Counted from the stretch's first letter, positions 47,102 through 57,113 are shown. The stretch: DNA of 64,000 nt from an uncultured Gemmatimonadales bacterium (GCA_963851265.1 CAWKNZ010000007.1:256001-320000), one strand, 5' to 3'. Made by a program: numbers and translations. Notes: generated by a model not told the origin, from the letters alone.

Positions 47102-50100
47102 CTACGCGGTCGGAACCGCTCCGCCCCCCCGCTCCGCCGCGCGCACCCACGCCTCGAGCACCCCGTCGCGCACGTCCTCCGCGCGGCGCCGGACGAGCGG
47201 CACGAGCTGCGTCAGCGCCTGACGCGCCCCCGCCACGTCCCCCGACCGCAGCGCGGCGACGACGCCGCCGTCGAGTAACAGCTCCGCGTCTACCCACCGG
47301 TCGCCGCGCGCCGCGTCCTCGCGGAGCGCCCGCCCGGCCATGTTCGCCTCCGCCCAGTCGTACGCCGCGAGCCCGTGCACGAAGTGCAGTGCCGCGAGCG
47401 CCTCGGGCGGCGCGCCGGCCACCTGGACATACGCGAACGTGCGCGCGTAGAACGCCGAGTCCGCCACGCCGGCCGTCCCGCCGTGCAGGTCCGCCTCGCA
47501 CTCGAGCGCCTGCGCAATGAACCGGCGCCAGTCGGCGGGCGCGCGCCGCGTCGCGAGCACCGCCTCGTACGCCGCGCGGCGGTACACCGCGTCGCGCGTC
47601 CACCCCTCGTCCTCGCGCGACAGGCCGAGCATCGGTGCCTCGCCGCCACCGCCCGGCGAGCGCGCCATCGCCTCGCGCGCGTCCCACGCCATCCGCACCG
47701 CGGCGCCGCGGGCCAGCGCGAGGTGCCGCGGCATCGCGATCGGCGACACCGGCCGGGTCGTGAACCCGAACCGCCACCCGCGCATGCCGGCGACGGGGTC
47801 GAACCGGCCTAACGGCAGCCCGCGGTAGCCCGACGCGCTCCGCCGCTGGTACCGCGTCCGCTCGGCGCCGAGGTCGAGCACCGGGTGGTAGTCCGAGTTC
47901 ACCGGCGCGTAGCCCGCCAGCAGCGGCGCGAGCGCGGCGCGGTCGGCGAGGATCGCCGCGGCGAGCGTGGCCGAGTCGAGCGGGAGCGCGTGCCGGAGGT
48001 CGGAAACGAGCGCCGGCGCGTTCACCACGCGCCAGTCCGGCGCCGGCAGCGTGCGGCCGTTGGTCGCGACGACGAGAATGTCGGCCGGCGACACCAGGTA
48101 GACGGCGTACGCCGGAAAGTGCCGGTGCAGCGCGGCCAGTACCGACGTGACGAGCGGGTCGTCGATCTCGTAGAGGTGCAGCCACTGGCCGAACACTCCC
48201 CCCGGCGCGAGGTACCGCGTGACGCGCGCGTAGAACTCGTCGGTGAACAGCCCCGACACGCCGCTCACCCACGGGTTGCTCGGCTCGCTCAGAATGAGGT
48301 CGAACCGCCGCCCGGCGCCGGCGAAGTACGCCTTCGCGTCGTCCAGCACGAACGCCGAGCGGGGGTCGTCGAAGACGCGCCGGTTGGCCGGGTAGAACTG
48401 CCGCGAGCCGCGAATCATCATCGGCTCGATGTCGACCGTGCGGAGCGCGCGCAGGGCGGGGGAGCCTAATAGCAAGTGCGACGTCATCCCCGACCCCTCG
48501 CCGATCACCACGCCCGTACGCGCCGCCGGCGCGTAGGCGAGTGTGATGAGCGGCAGCAACACCTGCGTCACCTGATCGCCCTCGATCGGGCGCCGCGCGG
48601 TGTCGCCCGCGGGCGGACGTATCCAGTCGAGCGAGAGCGACGCGTCGGGCTTGCCGTTGGTCGCGAGCGAGAGCATCCGCGACTCGACGTGCCGGCGCAC
48701 GCTCACCGTCGCCGTACGCCCGTCGGCGTAGAACGGGATCGCGAAGTCCTTCGGATCGGACACCTGCGCGTAGCGGTACACCCCGCTCGTGAGCACCGCG
48801 GGGTCGAACGACGTCGACGCGGCCAGCAGGACGAGAATCACCGTTCCCGCGGCCGCGACGGGGAGGTAGGCGCGCGCCTGCGCCTCCACCCCCGCGAGTC
48901 GCGGGCGCCGCGGGCGCGCCTCGGCCCCACTCGTCCGGACGAGGGGCGTCGCGCGTTCCGGCGCGCCGTCGGCGCGCTCTCCGTCGTCCTCGGCGTCGGC
49001 CGCGCGCGCCAGAGCCGGGCCCTGGACGAGCAGCCACACCCCGAGCCCGACGTCGACGAGCGCACCGAACACGAGCAGCCACTTGAGTCCGAGCAGCGGC
49101 AGCAGCACGAGCCCGGCCGCGGCCGCCCCGACGATCGATCCGAGCGTGTTGACCGCGTACACCTGCCCGATCGCGCCCTCGCCGGCACCGCGCGCGAGCA
49201 GCACGCGCGTGATGAGCGGCAGCGTGATCCCCGCGCAGAAGGTCGCCGGGAGCATCACCGCGAGACACAGCCCGTAGCGCGCGACGCTGAACGCCGTGTA
49301 CCCCTCGGGCGTGAGGTCGAGCGCGGCGAGCAGCCACGCCATCGCCCGGAAGCTCCACAGGTACACGGGGAGCGTCGCGATCGCGAGCGAGCCCATGACC
49401 CACTGCGTGAGTCCGAGCGCCGCGACCGGGTCGCTGAACCGGTCGGCACGCGCACGCACCCACCACGCCCCGAGCGCGAGTCCGAGAATGAACGCCGACA
49501 GCATCAGTTCGAACGAGTGCGTCGCCGAGCCCACGACGAGCGACAGCATGCGGATCCATGCGATCTCGTAGACGAACGACGACGCGGCGGTCCCGAACGC
49601 GACCGCGAGAAGCGTGCGCAGAACCAGGCGCGACACGCCGCCGCGCGTCGGCAGGGTCGGTGGCGCAGGTGCGGCGCCCTCCTCCTCGTCCCCGCGGGCC
49701 ACGCCGAACGCACCGACCGCGACGATCGCGTTGCAGGCCGCCGCCGCCACGAGCGTGCCCGGCAGTCCGACGCGCGCCAGCAGGCTGTACCCGGCGACCA
49801 GCACGCCGCCGGCCGCGCCTAACGAGTTGGCGAAGTAGAGCAGCGCGAGCACGCGTCCCGGCGCGCCCGGGGCGCGTCGCAGCGCCCCCGCGCTCATGAG
49901 CGGGAACGTCGCCCCGAGCAATACGCTCTGGGGCAGGATGAGCACCGCGGCGAGCGTCCATTTCGCGACCGTGACGAGCGCGCCGCCCCCGGCCGCGCCG
50001 AGCGCGGGGAAGAGCCCGTCGTACGCGCCGTTGGTGACGGCGACGAACAGCGGATGGAAGACGAGGCCGATCGCGCCGACCGCGAGCTCGACGCCGGCGT

Positions 50101-50314
50101 ACCAGAGCAGCGGCTCGCGGAGCCGGGCCGACCGCCGCCCGACGAGGTGAGCGCCGAGCGACATGCCGCCCAGGAAGATGACGAGCACGAGCAGCTGCGC
50201 GTACGCGCTGTGCCCGACGAACAGGCCGAGGTACCGCGTCCAGATCGATTCGTACATCAGGCCGGCCGCGCCCGAGAGCACGAACAGCGCGACGAGTGCG
50301 GGAAGAACCGGCAT
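47102..50314 (-). CDS. Fused multi-TM / spermidine-synthase-like SAM-binding protein
   Basis: LSGAAGLMYE, GATFPL, YAVNTLG repeats; NGKPDAS, IGEGSGMT, VDIEP, DDAK, ILSEPSNPWVSG, QWLHLYE. Confidence 0.88.
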   Translation of the reverse strand: MPVLPALVALFVLSGAAGLMYESIWTRYLGLFVGHSAYAQLLVLVIFLGGMSLGAHLVGRRSARLREPLLWYAGVELAVGAIGLVFHPLFVAVTNGAYDGLFPALGAAGGGALVTVAKWTLAAVLILPQSVLLGATFPLMSAGALRRAPGAPGRVLALLYFANSLGAAGGVLVAGYSLLARVGLPGTLVAAAACNAIVAVGAFGVARGDEEEGAAPAPPTLPTRGGVSRLVLRTLLAVAFGTAASSFVYEIAWIRMLSLVVGSATHSFELMLSAFILGLALGAWWVRARADRFSDPVAALGLTQWVMGSLAIATLPVYLWSFRAMAWLLAALDLTPEGYTAFSVARYGLCLAVMLPATFCAGITLPLITRVLLARGAGEGAIGQVYAVNTLGSIVGAAAAGLVLLPLLGLKWLLVFGALVDVGLGVWLLVQGPALARAADAEDDGERADGAPERATPLVRTSGAEARPRRPRLAGVEAQARAYLPVAAAGTVILVLLAASTSFDPAVLTSGVYRYAQVSDPKDFAIPFYADGRTATVSVRRHVESRMLSLATNGKPDASLSLDWIRPPAGDTARRPIEGDQVTQVLLPLITLAYAPAARTGVVIGEGSGMTSHLLLGSPALRALRTVDIEPMMIRGSRQFYPANRRVFDDPRSAFVLDDAKAYFAGAGRRFDLILSEPSNPWVSGVSGLFTDEFYARVTRYLAPGGVFGQWLHLYEIDDPLVTSVLAALHRHFPAYAVYLVSPADILVVATNGRTLPAPDWRVVNAPALVSDLRHALPLDSATLAAAILADRAALAPLLAGYAPVNSDYHPVLDLGAERTRYQRRSASGYRGLPLGRFDPVAGMRGWRFGFTTRPVSPIAMPRHLALARGAAVRMAWDAREAMARSPGGGGEAPMLGLSREDEGWTRDAVYRRAAYEAVLATRRAPADWRRFIAQALECEADLHGGTAGVADSAFYARTFAYVQVAGAPPEALAALHFVHGLAAYDWAEANMAGRALREDAARGDRWVDAELLLDGGVVAALRSGDVAGARQALTQLVPLVRRRAEDVRDGVLEAWVRAAERGGGAVPTA

Positions 50315-50321
50315 GCCCCCC

Positions 50322-51776
50322 TCAGCGCGCGTGGAGTGTCACGCGCACGCCGCCCACCGGACGGAGCGTGACCGCGCCGTGCGGCCTGGGTTCCGCGCCG
50401 GGCACGAGACGCACGGCCCACCGGCTCGCCAGCGTCGCGAGGACCAGCGTGGCCTCCGTCCAGGCGAACTGCTCGCCGATGCAGATGCGCGAGCCGCCGC
50501 CGAACGGGAAATAGGCGAACCGGGGGCGCGCGGCGGCCTCCTCCGGGTCGAGCCAGCGCTCCGGGCGGAAGCGCGCCGCCTCCGGCCACCAGCGCGGGTC
50601 GTGGTGCGCGAGCCACGGCGACGTCAGCACGCCCCACCGCGGCTCCACCGCGTAACCGCCTAACGTGGTGCGCTCCACGCACATCCGCCCGATCGCGTAC
50701 GCGGGCGGAAAGAGGCGCATGCTCTCGGCGATCACCGCCCGCGCGTACGGCAGCGCCGCCAGGTCGTCCATCGACGGCGCCCGCCGGGCGGCACCGGTCC
50801 CGAGCACCGCGTCGAGCTCGCCCTGTAGCCGCGCGGCGGCGTCGCGGTTCTGCGCGAGGAGGTACCACGTCCAGCTCAGCGCCGATGCCGTCGTTTCGTG
50901 GCCCGCGAGGAATATCGTCATCGCCTCGTCGCGCAGCTCGTCGTCGCCGAGGGCGGTTCCGGCCGCGCCGCCCGCCGACACGTCGGCGCCGGGCGCGTCC
51001 TCGTCGTCGCGCGCGGCGAGCAGCATCGAGAGCAGGTCGCCCCGGTCCGCGGGTTCGCCGCGCGCCGCCGCCGCCCGACGCTCCGCGATCATTCCGAACA
51101 CCACGCGGTCGAGCCGCCGGCGGGCGGTTCGGAACCGTCGCGCGAGCGGGATCGGCAGGCGCATCGCCCACTTCCCGAACGGGAGGAACGCGAGCGGGGC
51201 CGCGTGAAGCGCGTCGCCGAGCGCGTCGGCCACCTCGGCCGCACTCCCGCCGACGTCGACGCCGAACAAGGTCTCGCCGGCGATGCCGAGCGTGAGGGCC
51301 ATCATCTCGGCCGCGACGTCGATCGGCGCCGTCCGGTCCGCGCGCGCGCGCCACCGCGCGTCCCACGCCTCGGCCGCCGCGACCATCGTTCGTGAGTAGC
51401 CGACGACGCGCTCGCGATGGAAGGCGGGCTGCGCCATGCGCCGGTGCCGCCGGTGGTGCTCGCCCTCGCTCGTGAGCAAACCCTCGCCCAGGAACAGCTT
51501 GAGCCCGCGATGCGCGTACCCGCGCGCGAAGCGCTTCTGCTGGGTGACGAGCACCTCGCGCGCGAGCTCCGGGTGCCCGACGACGACGAACGTCCTGCCG
51601 AGCGCGCGCACCCGCACGACATCGCCGTGCGCGGCGTGCAGCGCGCGCACCGTGCCGAGCGGGTCGCGCGCGAGCGCGACGCCCCACGCGCCCGGCCACG
51701 GCGCGCGGACCAATGGCGGGTAGGGTGCCACGGCCGGGGTCGGCACCGGGGCCTCGGGAAGGGCGATGGTCGTCAT
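50322..51776 (-). CDS. Cytochrome P450
   Basis: AGHETT, ESMR (ExxR), FRPERW, FGGGSRICIG haem motif; ATG 51776. Confidence 0.95.
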   Translation of the reverse strand: MTTIALPEAPVPTPAVAPYPPLVRAPWPGAWGVALARDPLGTVRALHAAHGDVVRVRALGRTFVVVGHPELAREVLVTQQKRFARGYAHRGLKLFLGEGLLTSEGEHHRRHRRMAQPAFHRERVVGYSRTMVAAAEAWDARWRARADRTAPIDVAAEMMALTLGIAGETLFGVDVGGSAAEVADALGDALHAAPLAFLPFGKWAMRLPIPLARRFRTARRRLDRVVFGMIAERRAAAARGEPADRGDLLSMLLAARDDEDAPGADVSAGGAAGTALGDDELRDEAMTIFLAGHETTASALSWTWYLLAQNRDAAARLQGELDAVLGTGAARRAPSMDDLAALPYARAVIAESMRLFPPAYAIGRMCVERTTLGGYAVEPRWGVLTSPWLAHHDPRWWPEAARFRPERWLDPEEAAARPRFAYFPFGGGSRICIGEQFAWTEATLVLATLASRWAVRLVPGAEPRPHGAVTLRPVGGVRVTLHAR

Positions 51777-51902
51777 ATCCCCGTACGATCGCCGCGCGCG
51801 CCTCGGCGCGGCTAGTGCGCGCCGAGGCGTGCCCGCGGTGGCCGAAACAGTCTGGCCCGCCTCGCGTAGGCAACACGCGTGACGTACGGTGACCGTGGCG
51901 GC

Positions 51903-51949
51903 ACGCAAGCAAGTGATTACTTGCGTAGCACCTTCGCCCGCTGTAACGT
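51903..51949 (+). promoter_or_regulatory. Candidate TetR operator overlapping the tetR promoter
   Basis: GCAAGT-GATT-ACTTGC inverted repeat at 51909-51924; TTGCGT-17 nt-TAACGT. Confidence 0.6.
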
Positions 51950-51958
51950 GGCCCCGCA

Positions 51959-52618
51959 ATGTCGATCCGTGAACAGATCCTCGACGCGGCCACGCGCGTC
52001 TACGCCGAGCACGGATTCCGCGGTGCGACCACGCGGCGCATCGCCGACGCGGCCGGCGTGAACGAGGTCACGCTCTTTCGCACGTTCGGCTCGAAAGCGT
52101 TGCTGATCGAGGCGGCGCTGCGTCATATCGGCGCCGTCGATGCGTCGGCGCCACACGCCCTGCCCGACGTCCCGCGCGACCCGGAGCGCGAACTCTTCGC
52201 CTGGGCCGCCGAGCAGCTCGACGACCTCCGCAGCAGACGGTTTCTCATCCGGCACGCGATGAACGATTTCGAGCGCCGCCCCGACGCCGCGTGCGCGGCG
52301 CAGGGGTGGAACGCGGCCGACGTCGAACTGCACCGCTACCTCGTGCGCCTCGGCGAGCACGGTTTCGTCGCCTGGGACGCGGCCGGCACCGACGAACGCG
52401 CGTCGCCGGTCGCACCCGACTCACGGCGCGAGGACGTGCTCGCCGCGGCGGCGATGTTCATGGCCGCGCTGTTCAGCGACGCGATGGGGCGCGACATGAT
52501 GCCGCACCTCTACCCGCAGCCCGCCGACCGGGCCCCCGCCCTCTACGTCCGCCTGTTCCTGCGCGCGCTCGACTGCGCCGGCTCACGCCCCGCCCCGTCC
52601 TCGACCGAGGCAGCCTAA
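51959..52618 (+). CDS. TetR/AcrR family regulator
   Basis: ILDAATRVYAEHGFRGATTRRIADAAGVNEVTLFRTFGSK. Confidence 0.95.
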   Translation: MSIREQILDAATRVYAEHGFRGATTRRIADAAGVNEVTLFRTFGSKALLIEAALRHIGAVDASAPHALPDVPRDPERELFAWAAEQLDDLRSRRFLIRHAMNDFERRPDAACAAQGWNAADVELHRYLVRLGEHGFVAWDAAGTDERASPVAPDSRREDVLAAAAMFMAALFSDAMGRDMMPHLYPQPADRAPALYVRLFLRALDCAGSRPAPSSTEAA

Positions 52619-52622
52619 CCGA

Positions 52623-54545
52623 ATGCCCAGCTTTTCGTGGCGCGCCCCGCGCGCCGCCGCCGCCTTCGCAGTCGCATTCCTGCTCGCGCCCGCGCCGGCG
52701 CGCGCGCAAACCGCCGGCGTCGCCGGCAGCAGTACGACGCGCACCGCCGCGCGCCCCCCGCGCCCACTGTCGCTGGACGCGGCGCTCGAGCTCGGCGTCC
52801 GGCAGAGCGAGAGCGTGCGGATCGCCGACGCGGCCGTGACCCGCGCCCGCGGCCAGGTCGTGCAGGCGCGCTCCGCCTACTTCCCGCAGCTCAGCGGTAC
52901 GGGCTCCTACCAGCGACAGATCCAGAGCCAGTTCCAGGCGCTCGCCAACCAGTCCGCGGCCTCGTCGCCCGCGTTCACGGCGACGACCCCGGTCGCGCTC
53001 TGTACGCCGACGCTCGCGGCCAACGCCACGCCCGACCAGCGCGCCGCGGCCCTCGCCGCAGCCCAGACGTGCCCGACGGCCGGCGGCGGCGGCATCAGCA
53101 GCCTCACCAAGGCCTTCGCCAACCCCAACACGATCGTCCTCGGCGTCAGCGGCTCGCAGACGCTCTACTCCGGCGGCCGGCTCGGCGCATCGCGGACGTC
53201 GGCGGCGGCCGGCCAGCGGTCGGCCAACATCGGGCTGACGAGCACGCGCGCCCAGGTGCGCCTCGACGTCGCCACGGCGTACTACGACGCGTCCCTCGCC
53301 GACGTGCTGGTCGGTATCGCCGAGAGCACACTCGTCCAGGCCGAACGCGCCTACCGGCAGACCGCGCTGGGCCGCGAGGTCGGCAACATCAGCGAGTTCG
53401 ACCTGCTGCGTGCGCGCGTGTCCCGCGACAATCAGCGGCCGGTGCTCGTGCAGGCGCGTGGCAACCGCGACATCGCCTACTTGCGCCTCCGCCAGCTGCT
53501 CAACGTGCCGCTCGACGAGCCGCTCCGCCTCACGACTCCGCTCCCGCTCCCGCCGGGCGGGCAGGCGGTGGGCGCGCCCAGCTCCCCGCTCGCCGGTGGC
53601 GCCACGGGCACCGCGCCGGCCGGCGCCCGCAGCGACCGCGTCGCGCGCACCGTCGTACGCGGCGACACCGTCGTCGTCACCCGCGTCGACTTCGACCCCG
53701 CCGAGGTACTCGGCGACGACCCGCAGGTGACCGCCTCGGTCGACAGCGCCGTGGCCCGCGCCGACACGGCGGGGCGCTCGCGCGCGACCGCGCGCCAGTC
53801 GCGCGAGAACCTCGTCGTGCAGCAGAGCCTGTTGCGCATCGCGCGCGCCGAGCGGCTGCCGTCACTCGCGCTGCAGGGGAACTACCAGCGCTACGGCTAC
53901 CCCGTGGGCAACGGCATCTCGTTCCCGACGGCGCTCAACCAGTACTACCCCAACTTCACGGTCGGCCTCGGCCTCTCGATTCCCGTCTTCACCGGCGGGC
54001 GCATCGGGGGCGACGTGCTCGTGGCGGAGGCCAACCTGCGTGAGGCCGAGGCCACGTCGCGGCAGGTCGAACAGCTCGCCTCGCTCGACGCACAGCTCGC
54101 GGTCACCCAGTTCGCACAGGCCGAAGCGCAGCTCCGCTCGACGGCGGGCACCTCCGAGCAGGCGGCGCGCGCGTACCAGATCGCCGAGGTGCGCTACCGC
54201 GAGGGCCTGTCGACGCAGATCGAACTCTCGGACTCGCGCGTGCAGTTGCAGCAGGCGCAGGCCAACGCCGCGCAGGCGGCGCGCGACCGCGAGGTCGCGC
54301 GGTTGCGCCTCAGCTTGCTACGCGACCTCCCGCTGTCGTCGACCGTGCAGGCCGGTGCGCAGAGTGGCGCCGGCAGTACCGTCGGCAACACGACACGGTC
54401 CGGCGTGAGTTCGGGCGTGGGTTCGAGCGCGAGCGGCACGACGACCACCACCGGCGCCGCGGGTACGACCACGACCACCACCACGACCGGCGCCGTCCCG
54501 GGCACGACGACCGGGCAGCCGCAGACCGGGACCGGCACGCCATGA
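52623..54545 (+). CDS. TolC-family outer-membrane factor
   Basis: Signal peptide, LSLDAAL, YFPQLS, ERLPSL, LSIPVFTGG, RYREGLSTQIEL; Thr/Gly-rich tail. Confidence 0.9.
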   Translation: MPSFSWRAPRAAAAFAVAFLLAPAPARAQTAGVAGSSTTRTAARPPRPLSLDAALELGVRQSESVRIADAAVTRARGQVVQARSAYFPQLSGTGSYQRQIQSQFQALANQSAASSPAFTATTPVALCTPTLAANATPDQRAAALAAAQTCPTAGGGGISSLTKAFANPNTIVLGVSGSQTLYSGGRLGASRTSAAAGQRSANIGLTSTRAQVRLDVATAYYDASLADVLVGIAESTLVQAERAYRQTALGREVGNISEFDLLRARVSRDNQRPVLVQARGNRDIAYLRLRQLLNVPLDEPLRLTTPLPLPPGGQAVGAPSSPLAGGATGTAPAGARSDRVARTVVRGDTVVVTRVDFDPAEVLGDDPQVTASVDSAVARADTAGRSRATARQSRENLVVQQSLLRIARAERLPSLALQGNYQRYGYPVGNGISFPTALNQYYPNFTVGLGLSIPVFTGGRIGGDVLVAEANLREAEATSRQVEQLASLDAQLAVTQFAQAEAQLRSTAGTSEQAARAYQIAEVRYREGLSTQIELSDSRVQLQQAQANAAQAARDREVARLRLSLLRDLPLSSTVQAGAQSGAGSTVGNTTRSGVSSGVGSSASGTTTTTGAAGTTTTTTTTGAVPGTTTGQPQTGTGTP

Positions 54546-55726
54546 CCAGCACCGCCCCGCACCCTCACTCCAGGCCGACCCGCATGCCCCGCACGACCAC
54601 GCGCGCCGTCGCGATCCTCGCCACCGGCATCGGCCTCACGGCGTTCGGCGCCTGCAAGCGCGGCGCGGCCCAGGCGGCGCAGGATTCGGCCGCGGCCGCC
54701 AACGCGCCGACCGTGGTCGGCCCCGAGAACGTCGCCGTGGTCGCGCAGGACCGCCTGTCGAGCGGGCCGACGCTGTCGGGCGCGCTCACCCCGGAGCGCG
54801 TCGCGACCCTCCGCGCGCAGGCCGGCGGCACGGTCACGGCCGTCTTCGCCGAGGCCGGGCAACGCGTCACGCAGGGCCAGCCGCTCGCGCGCGTCGAGAC
54901 CACGGGCCTCCCCGACCAGGTCGCGAGCGCACGCGCCCAGCTCACCGCCGCGCGCGCGAACGCGGCGGTCGCCTCGCGCAACGCGGAGCGCAACGACCGC
55001 CTGCTCGCCGCTGGCGCCATCGCGGCGCGCGACGCGGAGGCGTCGCGCGCGCAGGCCACCGCCGCGCAGGCTCAGGTCACTTCGGCGGAGGCGCAGCTCG
55101 CCACCGCACAGCGCCAGCTCGGCAACACGAGCGCCGCCGTGCCGTTCACGGGCATCGTCGGTACCCGCTCGGTCAACGTCGGCGACGTCGTCGCGCCCGG
55201 CGCGGCGCTCTACACCGTCGTCGACCCGTCGAGCATGCAGCTGACGGGGAGCGTCAACGCCGACCAGCTCTCGCAGGTGCGGCTCGGCCAGGCGGTCCGG
55301 TTCACGGTCACCGGGTATCCCGGGCGCGACTTCACGGGCCGCATTACGCGCGTCGCGCCCGTGGCCGACCCCACGACGCGGCAGGTGCAGATCATCGCCT
55401 CGATTCCCAACGCCAGCAACACGCTGGTCGGCGGCCTCTACGCCGAGGGGCGCGTCTCGAGCGAGACGCGCGACGCACTCGTCGTTCCGGCCGACGCGGT
55501 CGACCAGCGCGGTGTCGCGCCCACGGTCGTGCGCGTGCGCGGTGGGCGCGCCGAACGCGTGCCCGTCCAGCTCGGGCTGCGCGACGACGCCACCGAGCGC
55601 CAGGAGATTCGCGGCGCGGTCGCGGTCGGTGACACCCTGCTGCGCGGCGCGGCCCAGGCGATCACGCCGGGCAGTCTGGTCAAGGTCGCCGCGGCCGCGA
55701 ACGACCGCCCCGTCGCGCCCCGGTAG
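54542..55726 (+). CDS. Efflux membrane-fusion (periplasmic adaptor) lipoprotein
   Basis: Lipobox-like FGAC, GQRVTQGQPL, PFTGIV..GDVV, DPTTRQV, VVPADAV. Confidence 0.92.
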   Translation: MTSTAPHPHSRPTRMPRTTTRAVAILATGIGLTAFGACKRGAAQAAQDSAAAANAPTVVGPENVAVVAQDRLSSGPTLSGALTPERVATLRAQAGGTVTAVFAEAGQRVTQGQPLARVETTGLPDQVASARAQLTAARANAAVASRNAERNDRLLAAGAIAARDAEASRAQATAAQAQVTSAEAQLATAQRQLGNTSAAVPFTGIVGTRSVNVGDVVAPGAALYTVVDPSSMQLTGSVNADQLSQVRLGQAVRFTVTGYPGRDFTGRITRVAPVADPTTRQVQIIASIPNASNTLVGGLYAEGRVSSETRDALVVPADAVDQRGVAPTVVRVRGGRAERVPVQLGLRDDATERQEIRGAVAVGDTLLRGAAQAITPGSLVKVAAAANDRPVAPR

Positions 55727-55785
55727 CGCTCGTGGCCGTGCGCGAAAGCGGCGCGCGCGGCCGGCCACCGATTCAGTAGCGGATG

Positions 55786-55814
55786 TTGCGTACTCCCGAT
55801 CCGGAGCGTATGAT
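55786..55814 (+). promoter_or_regulatory. Sigma70-type promoter of the toxin-antitoxin operon
   Basis: TTGCGT-17 nt-TATGAT, 27 nt before ATG 55842. Confidence 0.7.
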
Positions 55815-55841
55815 TGCGGCATCACTCGCACCCGGAGCGCC

Positions 55842-56282
55842 ATGGCCGCCCCCCGCCTCGCCTATCCGATCACGCGGTACAGCCCCTCGCCGCTCGTCGA
55901 CCTCACGCAACGCGACGAGCGCGAGCGGCTGAGTCCGTCCGCGCTCCGCGGGTTCTTCAACATCATGGGGCGGTGGCAGGTGCGCGACGAGGACGCCCGC
56001 GCGCTCCTCGGCGGGGTGTCCAACGGCCCCTACTACGAGTGGAAGCGCCGCCCCGACCGCACCCTCGACCAGGACACGCTGCATCGCGTCTCGTACCTGG
56101 TAGGCATCTTCAAGGCGTTGCACATCCTGCACGGCGAGGCGCTGGCCGACGAATGGGTGCAGCTGCCCAACGCCAACGGCCTGTTCGGCGGGCAGACGCC
56201 GCTCGAATTCATGCGCCGCGGCGGCATCCCGGCCATGCAGACGGTCCGCCGGCTACTCGACGCGCGCCGCGCAGGGCTGTGA
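55842..56282 (+). CDS. Xre/MbcA/ParS-type antitoxin
   Basis: ARALLGG..YYEWK, RVSYLVGIFKALHIL, WVQLPN..FGGQTPL, VRRLLDARR. Confidence 0.9.
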   Translation: MAAPRLAYPITRYSPSPLVDLTQRDERERLSPSALRGFFNIMGRWQVRDEDARALLGGVSNGPYYEWKRRPDRTLDQDTLHRVSYLVGIFKALHILHGEALADEWVQLPNANGLFGGQTPLEFMRRGGIPAMQTVRRLLDARRAGL

Positions 56283-57016
56283 CCGATGCCGCGGACGCCG
56301 CACGCAACGACGCCGACGCGCTGCCGTTCTGCAGCCTCGTCCGCCGCGACGACACGCACCGCCTGATCGCGTCGCGGTACCGTCCGGGCGCGGAGAGCGT
56401 GCTCGCGCTGATCGCCGACGACGTCGCGCATCTGGACGATCTGTTCGACCTCGACCACGCGACCAACGACCGCCTGCTGGCCGAACACGACCTGCTGCCG
56501 GGGATCGGCGTGCACGAACTCGTCTTCGGCCTCCCCAACTACCGCGTCGTCAACGCCGCGTTCACGCACGCGCACCCCAGCGGCAGTCGCTGGAACGGTC
56601 CCGACCGGGGCGCGTGGTACGCCGCGTACGAGCTCGAGACCTCGCAGACCGAGGTCGCCTGGCACAAGGCCGTGGCGCTCGCCGAGATCGACCGCTTCGA
56701 GGACAGCGTCACGTACGACGATTACCTGAGCGACGTCCGCGGCTTCTTCCACGACGTCCGCCCCGACGCGGACCCGGATCGGCGCTTCGCCGCCTGCCTG
56801 GCGCCCGACAGCTACGTCGCATCGCAGCTGCTGGCCGAGTCGCTGCTCGCGCGCGGATCGCTCGGCGTCGTGTACCCGAGCGTGCGGCACGCCGGCGGCA
56901 CCTGCGTGGCGTGCTTCCGCCCCGCGCTCGTCGCCGACGTGCGCCGCGATCTGACGTACCGGTTCACGTGGAACGGCGAGCCGACCCCGGTTATTACCGT
57001 CGAGCGCGAGCGCTGA
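56279..57016 (+). CDS. RES-domain toxin
   Basis: THRLIASRY (R), GSRW, WYAA..TSQTE (E), Y..SQ, VVYPSVR (S); GTGA overlap with antitoxin. Confidence 0.9.
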   Translation: MTDAADAARNDADALPFCSLVRRDDTHRLIASRYRPGAESVLALIADDVAHLDDLFDLDHATNDRLLAEHDLLPGIGVHELVFGLPNYRVVNAAFTHAHPSGSRWNGPDRGAWYAAYELETSQTEVAWHKAVALAEIDRFEDSVTYDDYLSDVRGFFHDVRPDADPDRRFAACLAPDSYVASQLLAESLLARGSLGVVYPSVRHAGGTCVACFRPALVADVRRDLTYRFTWNGEPTPVITVERER

Positions 57017-57046
57017 CGCCCGGGCGCTCACGCCCGGGCGCTGACG
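57010..57046. repeat. 14-bp tandem repeat, about 2.6 copies
   Basis: GCGCTGACGCCCGG GCGCTCACGCCCGG GCGCTGACG. Confidence 0.7.
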
Positions 57047-57113
57047 TTCGCCGCGGTCGCGCCCGCGGGCCGTCGCTCTACATTGCGCGCGTCCCCTCTC
57101 ACCGAGGTCGCAC

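Noticed and set aside
43668..49961. 2097-aa ORF
   Set aside because: The N-terminal part shadows the spermidine-synthase-like gene; the kinase has its own promoter and a GTG at 47045.
54355..54545. ACG/ACC-rich run as a non-coding repeat
   Set aside because: It encodes the Thr/Gly-rich tail of the TolC protein.
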